The notes: a model not told the origin generated them from the letters alone. A DNA stretch of 64,000 nt from Paragordius varius (GCA_964247055.1 OZ176056.1:2728001-2792000); one strand, 5' to 3'. Positions 25,590 through 37,976 are shown, numbered from the stretch's first letter. Translations and numbers: made by a program.

Positions 25590-28500
25590 TCAAGATTTTT
25601 CCGTATTTTTTGTGTCCTTAATATCACAATTTTCATCAGTAGTTGCCTCTGTTGACGTGTTGGCATATAATAAGGGAGAATTTTTATCAGGGACCCATAA
25701 GCCAGAATCTACGCAAAGTTTCATAAGACGCTTGGCCTCCACAGAATCGATAGTAACAATATAATCTTTTAGCATTTGAATATCTTGTTTCTCAAAACAT
25801 TCTTGCATTTCCTACGTGGACAACGATATATAACATCATTAGATTTATTATTTTATTTAATCATATGGTGAAAATCGAAAATTCGCGTGTATACTGAATA
25901 TTATAATTACAAGTAAATCATTAAATTGATAAAAAAATAAAATATTTATAAAGATACTAATATTTTTATGAATAAGAAAATATGATAATTGACTGGACAA
26001 AAAACCAAATTAAAATTATGGAAAACATAAATAAAATATTTTTTGAAAAAAATACCCAAGTAACTAAAAAAACGATAAACTTCCCTAAAGTAAATTAAAT
26101 TAATTAAGAGGCCAAATGAAAAAATAAAATATGATAAATAGAAAAACCATATTTTTTTACTTAAATTTAAGTTAATATAACCATTTGTTTTGAATTGCGA
26201 AACACGGATTATAAGTGTAATTGGTAATTTAATATATTACTCTTTACAATTGTAAAAAAATCAAAAATTGAAAGTATAATTTTTTAAGTAAAAAAATGGC
26301 GGCCTTTTTATGTTTAATCTATATTATAATTTTAAATTTTTATAAGAAATAAATCCTTAATAAAAATTTAAAGAAAAAAGTTTTTATAGCAAAAATATTA
26401 CTTTAGGTAATTGCTCCATAACCTCTACTGGGTCCAAACCACCTGGTCCTAATCTTTTTTGTTTTTCTTCCTATAATACATTATAACAAAATATATTGTA
26501 AATTTTATAATATTTATACGAGTAAATAGTTTAAATTAATTATATAAGGCGTATAAAAAATAAGTTTATAACTTGAAAAAATATTTATTAAACTAAAAGT
26601 AATAATATTCAATTCATATTTTAAATATATATATATATATATATATATATACAGCCTTTACGAATACACTTTGAGTAAATTTTTGGTATAAAATCATAGC
26701 TACAAAATAATTTGAAAATATGATTGACTTTTAGCAAACATCAATTAAAATCTTCATAATCGCCGTTTATATCCAATTTTTCCTTTAATTTTATAATAAA
26801 TGAACAAAAAATAACCGGTCTGATTACTTATAAATGCAGTTTACGGATGCGAATAAATGTATTTTAAAAGAATAAAACAGAGTTAACCAATTAATTTAAA
26901 TTTAATTATAAAATTTATATCAAACCACTGGTTATTAATTTATGGTTGTTGAAAAAACCAAACTAAACTAATCAAAAATAAATATTTTAAAAGAAAGTTA
27001 CCCAATTAAATTGAACTACAATTATAAAAATATATCAATCAAACCACTGGATTTTAAAAATTTATAGTTGCTGAAAAAAAGTAAACTATTATCAAATCAC
27101 AAACCGCTTCATATTCCCTTATAGCGTTTTCAATGCGAATTTTGGCACGTTCCCTCACGCGACCCTTAAAAGCTTCCAGTTCATCGTTAAAGGCATCAAG
27201 ATAATCTTTATCAGCAAGTTTCATTCTAAATAATTTATGAAATAAAACATGTCAAATATTTGGATCTGAAATTTATTTTTTTCATATATATTAGTGGATC
27301 ATCATTTCAATACAGCGCCTGGCAAAAAAATAAAAAAACCCTTGTCCAATTTAAACATACTTTAAATTTCGGCTTTTTTTTATCAAAATGAAAAAAATTA
27401 AGAAAAATCGACAACTTTTTTAATTTTACAGTAAATATACCATCACACATACTGTGAGCAATCGGTTGTTTAGATTAATTTTACTGCTAAAATTAGAAAA
27501 ATGTTTCAATATGTATAGATGGGTGTAAAATCTTTACATGTTAAATTCTTTCAAATGAGATCATGTGTTTTTTCAAAATAAGTTACTCAATCTATTTATA
27601 ATGATAAATAGGCAAAAAATCTTACAAAATTAATTACTATAAATCTAGCATAAATATCAATATCAAATTTAATATAAATAACCCTTTTAAATCAAGAGAC
27701 TTTAATATCAATCCACCTATTTTATAAAAAATTATTCGGGACCTAAATCAAAAATTTAAATAGAAAATATCAACTTGCTAAAAAATGTTGAAACGACAGA
27801 TTTTGGATTAACATCCAATTGTTTTGCCAACTCCAATAAATATTGCATGGCTATCGTTTGATGAGCTACATGGCCCATTAATTCATGTTTCTGAGTGATA
27901 TATTAAAAAAAAAGATTAATTTAAAAAGTTTTGTTTTAATTTATAAAATATAACTAGTAATAAATTATTTTGTGGAGTAAATGTAGTTTATTAAAAATTA
28001 AATTCAATTCATTCTACATAATATGTATAAAGACAACGGCAAAAAAGCGACACAGATTGACATTTATGAGCAAAAGATAAGTTTTTAGAGGCCTAAACGT
28101 AATATATAATTTTAGATTAAGAAAAAGAGGGGATAGTGATCAAAAAATTGACCTTTAAAAATTAGAAAAAACGGACTGTATTATAATATAATTCAAAAAA
28201 ATATTATAGTTAATAATTCATATTGATATAAACCTCTTTAATACAAGAAAAAATTTAAAATGTATATTAATTTATATTAACCTTTTATATAAAAATGTAT
28301 AAACCAAAAATTTGTAAAACCTCCTCAACTTCCAAATCTATGCACCATATAACAAAAAAATTGGCCGTTTCCTCACAAACTAATTCGGGGTGTTCTAACA
28401 AAAAATTACGGGTGTCATCCCATTTCTGGAACATACCCAAAGTTTTGAGTTCCTTAAGGTGCTTTTTGTTAAATTCCGTCTAAGAACAAAAATTTATTAT

Positions 28501-29305
28501 TGTTTACGGTAAAAATTGAGGGGACAAAATAAATTGGTAAAATAAATTTTTTTATATAAAGGACTTTTTTACACCATGAATATCGTTTGAAATGAAAAAT
28601 ATGGAATAATGTGTAGCGCACTAAATTACATTTCACAATATTGTCAGTTAAAAGTAAATATATCAATTAATTACGTTTTATAGCAAAAAAAATAGAGTCA
28701 TTATATTGTTTACGTTTTTGTGAATTTTTGTTTATAATTTCATTTAATATAAGCTGAAATAAACTTGTATCCTAGCTTGTTCATCTTCGGATAAAGCAGT
28801 TTTAGCATCTCTTTTTTCAGGTTTATTAATGACAGTTTTAGTAAAACCTTCTTTACTTATAGTATCCACATTCCAAGGGGCCAATTTTTCTTTCTTGGCT
28901 AATTCTTCAGATTTGTTCTGTAACTTCAATTGTTTTTCTTCTAACTTTTGTTTTTCCGTTTGCAATCGATCCATTTGAGCGGAATCAAAATGAGAGGAAG
29001 TCTGCAAATTAAAATTTATAAAAACCTTTAATTGCTCAATTTTTTCTGTAATTTCTGCAAGTTTTCTTTTATTTCTATCTTTTATATAAACTAATTGTTA
29101 CTCGATACAATCTTTGGCATGCTGCTGCTTTTCCCGTTCACTTTCTTCCATACGTTGGACTCTAGCCTGATGTCTCCATCTAAACAAACTGGGAGTATCT
29201 ATATTTGGATGTGTATCATCTTCGTCATCAGACACCTGCATTAATCATATATTATAACATTTAAACCTCAATATCTTTCCATTTGCTATAATCTATTTTG
29301 GACAT
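25590..29305 (-). CDS. CDC37: Hsp90 co-chaperone Cdc37, 9 exons, 381 aa
   Basis: complement(join(25590-25811, 26402-26470, 27105-27225, 27775-27890, 28321-28479, 28765-29001, 29026-29074, 29102-29235, 29267-29305)) = 1146 nt. Diagnostic motifs are [80 protein letters not shown] and CVDSGLWVP. Confidence 0.96.
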
Positions 29306-29829
29306 GCGTAAAACAGTTGATAATTATGAATGATTACATATATATGTCATGAGACCATTTATTACGCTTATTTTCAGATAAGAAACAAATTATGGTGTCA
29401 AACTTTGCTCAAATATTTTATCTATGGTAAAGTAAGTAATATTGTCATAGATAGTTTAATTGAGATACGGAATGTTTCAAAACGGTAAATGCTGTAAATA
29501 TCAAAACACATCAATTTATTTTTATAACCACTTATATTTTTTATTCGGGAATTTCTAAACTAAAGAAAATATTTGGCTGATTTTATAGTGTCTTTAATAT
29601 TTTATAACACTCAATTTTAGATGGCGTCCTCCCGTTTTATAATATATGTTTAACACTTCATTAGTTTTCACTTTTCTTAGCTTACCTTTTGGGGTAGTTT
29701 TATATCGCAGAGCTCAATTTTGTAAAACTACAGTTTTTAAAATTATAGTTAAATTTAATTACGCATTGTTTTCATGTATTAGATTAAATTATAATTTTTA
29801 TAGTTTTGTGACATCTAGAATCCAAAATT

Positions 29830-30130
29830 AGGGCAACTCCCAAACACGATTGAAATAAACAGCTAATATCAATATCAAAATATATCGTTTTTGCTAGCCT
29901 ATAGCCTGAAAGCCTCCTAAAATTTATTATTGACATTATCTAACCATAATATACATTTTGCCTGTTGCATTAGCGAATTAAAAAAATATATAAAAAAATT
30001 GCTGAGGATTTTTTTACAATTTTATATTAAAAATTTTTTTGTCTAATGCGCCCAAAAAACTGAAGAAAGCATATTTTAAAATTAAGCCTATTACCTTAAG
30101 CGCTTTTTAAAATCATATTTTAAATCGTTC
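29830..30130 (+). repeat. Dispersed repeat family (other copies at about 31750-32040 and 51430-51720)
   Basis: Shared blocks AACACGATTGAAA(T/C)AAACAG, TAGCCTGAAAGCCTC and GTTGCATTAGCGA occur in the same orientation at these loci. The class was not determined. Confidence 0.6.
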
Positions 30131-30199
30131 TGGGATATAATATTACCCCAAAAGGTATTGAACTGTTAATGCGATTGTTTACATCATCATTTACTTTAA

Positions 30200-30780
30200 C
30201 ACTTCGATTCAAATTGGGGTATCTAAATACCCCAGACTAAATTAAAATTAAATTTTTTAAAAAACTACTGAAGGAAACGGTCCCAATTTAAATTTATGCT
30301 TCTATCCTGATAAATATTATATAAATTTGCCAAAATATCTTGATAAAATTTTGTTTTGCAAAAAAAGTTCCATCTCAAACTACTTCGACGCCATTTTTAT
30401 TTTACAAAAATTTTGCAAAATATCGTCTTCATTAAATTTTAAGGGTAAAATTAAAGCTTATTTTTAATATAAATTACATCTAACATTGATAGAAATAGAA
30501 AAAGCGGTTTATTTTGTATTATTTTTTAATTTTACAATTTGACACATGTCACGTGACTAAATTTCTACCTTTCAGTTTTAACTCAAAATAAGTAATATCA
30601 AGTATTTTTGAATAATTTTTTTTATATATTTCGGTTTATTAATGTTATGTAAGCTCAAAATTTTGCCATGGTTTCGATTGCTTCCATACTTTGTAAAGTA
30701 TTTGATTTTAAACAGGCCTGGGGTATCCAACTACCCCAATTTGAATCGAAGGACTAAAATGAGTGTGTTGAATCCAAGTG
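30200..30780. mobile_element. piggyBac-type MITE, unit 1 of a tandem dimer
   Basis: TTAA flanks both sides (30196-30199, 30781-30784). TIR is CACTT(C/G)GATTCAA. An asymmetric subterminal inverted repeat (TGGGGTA...TACCCCA) is adjacent to the left TIR but offset by about 30 nt from the right TIR, as in piggyBac ends. Confidence 0.8.
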
Positions 30781-30784
30781 TTAA

Positions 30785-31363
30785 CACTTCAATTCGAATT
30801 GGGGTATCTAAATACCCCAGACTAAATTTGAGTTAGTATTATTAAAAAACTATTGATGGAAACGGTCCTAATTTAAAAAGCTTCTATCCTAATAAAAATT
30901 ATATAAATATGCCCAAATATTTAAATAAAATTTTGTTTTGAAAAAAAAGTTCCATGTCAAACTACTTCGACGTCATTTTTATTTTACAAAATTTTTGCAA
31001 AATATCGGCTTCATTTATTTTTAAGGGTGAAATTAAAGTTAATTTCTTATTTAAATCACATCTAACATTGATAGAAATAGAAAAAGCTGTTTATTTTGTA
31101 TCATTTTTCAATTTTACCTTGGCACGCATGCCACGTTGACTAAATTTTTAGCTTTCGGTTTTAGCTTAAAATATATAATATCAAGTATTTTTGAATAAAA
31201 TTTTTGATATATTTCGGTTTATTAATGTTATATAAGTGCAAGATTTTGCCATGGTTTTGATTCCTTCCATATTTTTTAAAGAATTTAATTTTAAACAGGC
31301 CTGGGGTATTTAACTACCCCAATTTGAACCGAAGGACTAAAATGAATGTGTTGTATCCAAGTG
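30785..31363. mobile_element. piggyBac-type MITE, unit 2 of a tandem dimer
   Basis: Colinear direct repeat of 30200-30780 with visible substitutions. It shares the TTAA at 30781-30784 and ends CCAAGTG|TTAA at 31363. Confidence 0.8.
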
Positions 31364-32849
31364 TTAAACACAATGAAAATTACATTAGATACAAATTGAT
31401 TTACTTTAACTGCCATAACGCTCAAATTTAATTAATTTTATGAAAAAGAACAAACAGTATTTTTAAATTAAACCCAAATTCGTAAAATTTAAATGGTAAA
31501 ATCAATATATCTATCAAGATATTTGGAATAACATAAATTTTATTTCGCTAATGATTAAATATAATTTTTAAAATATTAGGTGTGACTATGGAAATACGCG
31601 CTTATTTTGGGGTAGTTTTCTCCCCACATTATTTCATAAAATTGTTTTGGTTATATTTATATTACCACTTGTGCTGTGATATTTACTTTATTTTCGACAC
31701 TTTAAAACGTGTGCATGTATTTAATTTTTAACAAATTTTTACCTGCCAAAATCCCAACTCAGATGATTGCAAAACACGATTGAAACAAACAGAAATTATA
31801 ACTCGATAAATATCAAAACGTTACTGGTAAAATGTTAAGCTTTCCAAAGTTTATTTATATTTTTCAGCTAAATATACATTAATTTCCCTGCACAATTTAC
31901 AAAATTTAATGAAAAAAATCGAAAAGGTTTGATATAAGGATTTTTCAATCTTATATTTTTTTAAAAAAAATTCATCATGCCCTAAAAGGCTAATTTGGCA
32001 TTAAGTTATTTAAATATTAAATGCTGGAGTAAAAACTATCTTAAAAGGTCCTGAAGTGTTAATAACTTTTAGTGCATTCATAATTTCCAAATACTAAAAT
32101 CAACATTTTTAATATTAATATTGACGTAAATTGTCTTTTATGAAAAAACATAATACTTTACTTAAAATAGATGGAGATTTTTGGATATTATATTATATCA
32201 TAAAATAAGATTGGAGGAATTAAAATTAACTGTTTCGAACGATATAAAAAGGAATAAATTGTCGCTTAAAATATAAAATTAAAGTTAATTCATTATTGAT
32301 TGGTATATACCATATTTGTATGTTATTTAAAAAAGTTTTTATTTTCGTTTCGACAGATAGGTTAATCCAGAACATTCGTTTCGCATACTAAAAAAATTTT
32401 AAGCTAATTTTTCAAAGGTGGTGCGTTAATATTATAAAATTTTAATATTAATATTATTTTTAAATTTGTTTATTAGTTACTGCAAAATCCCAAATGAATA
32501 AAAATTAAAAGTTATCTTTAAAAATCACGCAACCTTAATGTTTTCTAAACTTATTTTCCAAAGTAATGTATGAAACGAAGATTGTTAAATGGGTACTTTT
32601 GCGAAAATCTGCCATAAGACTTAATCAAATCATACATATTTATCTAAAATACACTTTGCTGTAAATTAATAACTCGAGCTTTAAATTTCTTAAATTTAAT
32701 ATACATGTTATATAGGAAAACCACTTTAAATATAGAAATTTGAAGAGATCAGAATATTACACCCTATTATTTAAAATACATTTATGACTTATTAGCTGGA
32801 TTATTAGACAAGGCCAGCGACCCAATGAGGACTAAGCAGTAAGCACAAT

Positions 32850-33300
32850 TAACTATTGAATTACCAATAACATATAAATGTAGAACGAAAAAAGACACTG
32901 CAAGATACGTTGTTTAAGATGAGTGGTCCATAATGATTGTTCCTATTTATCAATTAAAGAGACAGTATATCAACGAATATATCTTTGGTGTTGTCGATAG
33001 TTGGTAAAACATATAACAATACCGAAAAAAAATAATGGGGTTTTAAACTAGTCTGAGGTAAGGGTTTCCGTGCATGATAGTTACCAATAATAAATCTATA
33101 TTAGGCAAAATGGTTTACAGACATTTTATAATAGGCTAGATCTGATGTTCGCAATGAACGAGAATATTTCATTGTTACAGTTAGTCGGAATCTACTTTAG
33201 CAACAACAACTTAAATATATCACTCCCTTTTATCCAATCAGTAATGGAACGTGTATTTAAATTCTAAAAACTCATTAAACGCTATTAGATGTTAATAAAA
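32850..33300 (+). mobile_element. LTR-retrotransposon integrase relic
   Basis: Remnant motifs occur in integrase order: GVVDSW (about 32990), GFPCMIVTNN (about 33062, corresponding to GFP..IVSDN) and ITPFYPISNG (about 33215, corresponding to TPYHP.SNG). Heavily decayed. Confidence 0.55.
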
Positions 33301-33740
33301 ATTAAAAGTTATGGGTATATCGTTTTAAGCGAAGCATAACTTAACAAAAAAAGTCCGTAGCAAATTCTTAACAAGACATATCAATACACCGCTATCATGA
33401 TCTAGAGTTTTGAATTTTTTTAACTTTCAAATTTGGGTAAAATATTTACAATAAATACAAACTAATAAATATTTTAATTAAATAGCATTAAATTATATAA
33501 AAAAGTATTTTTAAAATATCTTAAAGAGTTACTCCCAACTTTATTTGTTTACGCCCCTCCAAATTGAATAAAAATTCTTGTGCCTACCCCAGTCTTCCCC
33601 CCCAAAAAAAGGTAATAATGCAAAATTCATCAAATCAGTCAGCCGATCAATTTGACACATCCATATTGTCTAACATTAAAAATCCAGCACAATAAAGGTG
33701 ATACTGGTCAATATTTAGCATACTAATTTAATCAAAGATC

Positions 33741-34160
33741 ATGTCGAATTTTGTGCCCGAAAAAAACCTTTGCGATGCCTGCTTCTTTGTTCAATCAAAG
33801 CAAAAAGTTGTTTAAAGTCAGCGTTTGCTGTTAAATCAATTGAACATGCCTTATCGATAAAAACATGTGAAACATAATATCGAATGCAGGCGTTTTGGTA
33901 GACCTGACAACTGAGAAGACGGTAGTATTTAAGAGTTATTAGATGATGACCCAGCTTTAACTCAGCGGTAATTGGCAGAAGCATTGAATGAATCACAAAA
34001 AACAATTAGTAGAAGTCTAAGAATAGTGAAAAAGTCCAATTGACTCGGTAAATGAGGTTGATTAATTTAGCGAATGTAAAATCGAAAATCGATAATTGAG
34101 AAATTTCCTTTTATGTCATAAAACGAAATATGCATCGATAGTATAACGGGTTGAAATTCA
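33741..34160 (+). mobile_element. Mos1-like mariner 5' remnant
   Basis: ATGTCGAATTTTGTGCCCGAAAAA (MSNFVPEK) at 33741 and a DDPALTQR.LAEAL helix-turn-helix remnant at about 33944-33990. Confidence 0.7.
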
Positions 34161-34386
34161 TTACATAAAGGTCTTGCTAAAAGGTTTGGTGTTTATATAA
34201 AACGCTTGAAAACACAGTGCATATACTATAGGCATAATTTATCAACGTATAAGTGTAAACATGAACAAATTATTGTTTATTTTCTTGTTTCGAATAAAAA
34301 TTATCATTTTTATGATTGTTTTATATAATATATATTAAACCCAATATAAGTATTCGATATGATTGATGTATTTATATAATCTATAA

Positions 34387-37300
34387 TTATTCATCAACAT
34401 CATAATAATAATAATCATCCTCTTTGTTTAAGGTTTCCTCTGTTTTGGACGGTGTCGTGTTTTCTTCTCTAATGGCAAATTCATAGGGCTTGGGATTAGC
34501 GAAGCGGCCCTTAATTAGTATAGCTTTCTTATCTTCAATCACGTAAAATAAATGAGGTCTGTTTAAGACGAAAGTTTGTTGATTTTGGTCGTTGAACTTA
34601 TTTAAGGGCGGTTCAACAAGATTCATACCCTGTCCTGTACCAAGAGGTGTTACAGTAAATCTTGTGTTATGATGGATTTGAGAAAGGGGTGGAATCGTCT
34701 GAACTGGAGCAGCTGAATTTTTATTTGTAGTCGTCAAAAGTAAATCCAAGTTCCTAGGGTAAATTAGATTTTATAAAATTGTTTTTATTTGCTATAGGTA
34801 TAAAATAATAAAATATTTATAAATTGGCAATTTAAAAATAATAACATCCCGATGCTAAATTCAAATCCACAAAAAGGGGATTCATTTTCAAATCGTTTAA
34901 AAATGAGTATTTTTCCTAGAAATTATTAGGTATTGAATGTTAATCAATATATGGTTAGGATTTGAGTGTGAATTCCAAAACTGCGCGATTTTTTTCATCA
35001 AGACTGTCAAGTTCCCCGGGGCCGAATGTTAAAGCCTTCACAAGTCCTTGTAAAATTTAAGTCCCTACCCTTTAATAATAAAAGAGACTATAAACTGGAT
35101 AATATTTTGTAAATGGTTGAAACTTAAACCATCTCGAATGGAAAACACTAATAGAAACCAAACTATCTATTATTATAACAATACTAGATAATTTTTATTT
35201 TATATGAGGAGAAAAGAGTTGCGTAACGATTAAAGAATTCAGACTAAAATCAACAATAACTTAGTTAAAAATGTAGTTTATTTATTTATATTTTTTGGAT
35301 GAACAAAATTTTAAACCGAAATTTGGCGGTCACAACAAGAAAAATACACGCGAAAACCTTTAAGCAGTCGACTATATTTGATTAATATAACTAAATTATC
35401 TTATTAACAGGTAATATAATAAAATACAACATTTTTTCATAATATGACAGGTTGCAAATGCAAAATATGGAGAGGTTTTTTTTAAAAAAAGTCAAAATTA
35501 TAAAATTTGAGGGGGTTTAGATTGTAAACAAAAAAGTTTTTATAAATTACTCGTGGTTCGAAAAACCAATTTAATGTTCGTAATTTTTATAAAATATAAA
35601 TTAATATTTTATATTTTTACTTTTTACAAACTGAGAGTCAGTTTCCACATTAAATACCTTTTAAAAGATTTTTAGAGATGTAACCATTTGATATTATTTA
35701 AAGAATCATTAGCATTTTAACAACTAAAACAAAATTTACAAACTCCAAAATAATTTTAATTGAATTTTTTAAAATCTGATTTTAGGATTTAAGCCGTTAT
35801 GTATATTTATATTTCATTTAAGTCTTATAATTAAAAAATAGAATTTTTTTATATCAGCTGACATCTTTCAAATTCGTAACCAAAACCACAAACATTTTTA
35901 CAGCCGTAAAGCGAATATACTTTTTAAATAGTTTAAAACAAAAGGTATATATTTAATAAAATCAGTTTACCATAAATTTTAATGGCTTATATGCTTATGT
36001 TTTAAAAATTACGAGATCCGTAAATTGGAATCGATATTAGAATTATATAAAAAAATTTGCATCTACAGAAAGGCGGCAGCTAAAACCAAAAACAGTACGG
36101 ATCTAATCCCTGGGACTTTAAATAAAACCCATATTTTGTAATTCAAATTTTTAAAGCAAAAATATTATGGATATGCAAACTTTGTATGACAGGCCAATTC
36201 TTTGCTCAACACATCCACCATGTTCAAGTTGGTTTGAATATCTATATAAGGTACCCGTATATTATAACGGTACGTTGGATAATTTCTTTTCCTAATTTGA
36301 TGAAAGATATTTGAATGCGCCTTCAAATTTAGTTCGAGGCGAGTAACATTTCTATCCTTTGGTATAATGTATATCATTTTATATTGCTTTCTGTATGGAA
36401 TAGTGACAATTTCAGCCCCAATTTCTGCATATTCACCATATTGATGACTCATTTTCTCTCCATATATCATTGGGATTAAAGTGGGTTTTGATTGCCCGTA
36501 AAATGTATCTACCCCAATTCTAGAGATTTAAATAATTTAAAGGACTTAATAAATAATCTTTAAAGGGAAAAAAATAATTGCATACTTTTTAAAATTTTCG
36601 AACCATAGGCTTTTAAAGATAAGGTTCCCTGCAATACTGAGGGCAATCGGGCTCTCATTCTCAATTTCTCTAAATTCTGGATTATGATTAACAAAGCTGA
36701 GGAAATAATTGTCAGATTTATCTTTGTAGTAAGCATTTAACATTTCGTTTACATTTGTTTGACTTCTATCATCTAAAGAAACTTGACCCCCAAACGTGGC
36801 ACCTGCCCATTTTTGTATGCGAGGTGTAAACGGATTTGTCACTGAATTTGAACTGACGCTTAAACGATTAAACAATTGAATCTTCGTGAAAGCTGAACCT
36901 TTTGGGAATTTTCGTAAAATTTTGTTTAGTTCGCTACAGCCAGCGGGTGGGAGCAAACCCTTAATGAGATTAGGACATGTGGAACAAAATTGAATTAGTC
37001 CAAGACCCAATTGAAGTCCGGCCGGAGAGAAGACATAATCAGCAGAGGTGTGTTTGAAAGCATTTTTGAGTGAAATAGCGTTAGCTAAAATGGCCTATTA
37101 AGATAAAACATAGATTGGCTAACATAATTTTGATATTTTGTAAAAAAAGTATCTCAATTTATTTAAGCTAGAATTAATTTTTTGTAAACTCGCTATTTGA
37201 TTAGAAAATTAAAAAATTACAGCAATCATTTTAAATATAACCAGGACTTGCACTTAGCATTAAAAATTATTAGATTGGCAAATTTTAGATTTGTTGTATT

Positions 37301-37976
37301 ATTAAAAAGTTTTAAGCATTTGGTCTTTATACAATTTTTATTTAAAATGGCTAAGAGGGCATTTAATTAACGGGCATGTAAGATATTTTTCATTTTTAAT
37401 ATTTACGTAATTTTTCAAACATAATATGTCATTGCGAAAAGGTATAAATAAAAAAAACTAAATAATAAGTTAAAAAATTGATTAATAAATAAAAAAATAA
37501 TATAATTATATGAAATTATGATCAAATTAAAAAATAAAAAAAATAAGTTTATAATTAATTTAAAAAAATTGCTTTCAATGTAATTCATTGGGACAAAACT
37601 TCAATTGTAAATCATTTTTATACCTTTTCCTCTTTTTTAAATTTATCAGCTAGAAGTTCTAGCTTACTTATTTTAAATTGATTACCAGCTTTTTACTTCT
37701 AAAGAATTTTAAATAGGTACATTTTTGAGTTTTGCTGTCAACTCCGTTACTAAAATTTATAAATTAAATTGGGATTTGAGCAAAGAATGAAAATAAAATA
37801 CTCTAAAATGATATCAAATATCAAATTTAGAGTGTGAATGGACAAATATAATTTACCTGGTCTCTCAACAAATCATATTTTGGCTTTTGGGAATTTACCT
37901 TGGGTTTTGTGCCATGAATCCAGCCCAAAAAACATAGGGACAGAAAAATTAGGGTATGTAAACAATGTTTCAACAT
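34387..37976 (-). CDS. Secreted serpin-like protein, copy B (4 exons, 444 aa, intact)
   Basis: complement(join(34387-34753, 36181-36519, 36586-37094, 37857-37976)) = 1335 nt, all junctions GT-AG. Signal peptide is MLKHCLHTLIFLSLCFLGWIHG. Serpin motifs are YVFSPAGL, NLIFKSLWFENF and FVLNRPHLFYVIEDKKAILIKGRFANP. An acidic tail ends EDDYYYYDVDE. Confidence 0.88.

Noticed and set aside
26880-27080. Imperfect tandem duplication of about 115 bp (ATCAAACCACTGG...TTTAT.GTTG.TGAAAAAA) in Cdc37 intron 7
   Set aside because: It is real but appears to be an ordinary local intronic duplication with no sign of function.
30196-31367. Repeated palindromic GGGGTA...TACCCC units that might suggest a CRISPR-like array
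   Set aside because: Spacing is irregular, the intervening sequence is itself duplicated rather than unique spacers, there are no cas genes, and the context is eukaryotic. They are MITE subterminal repeats.
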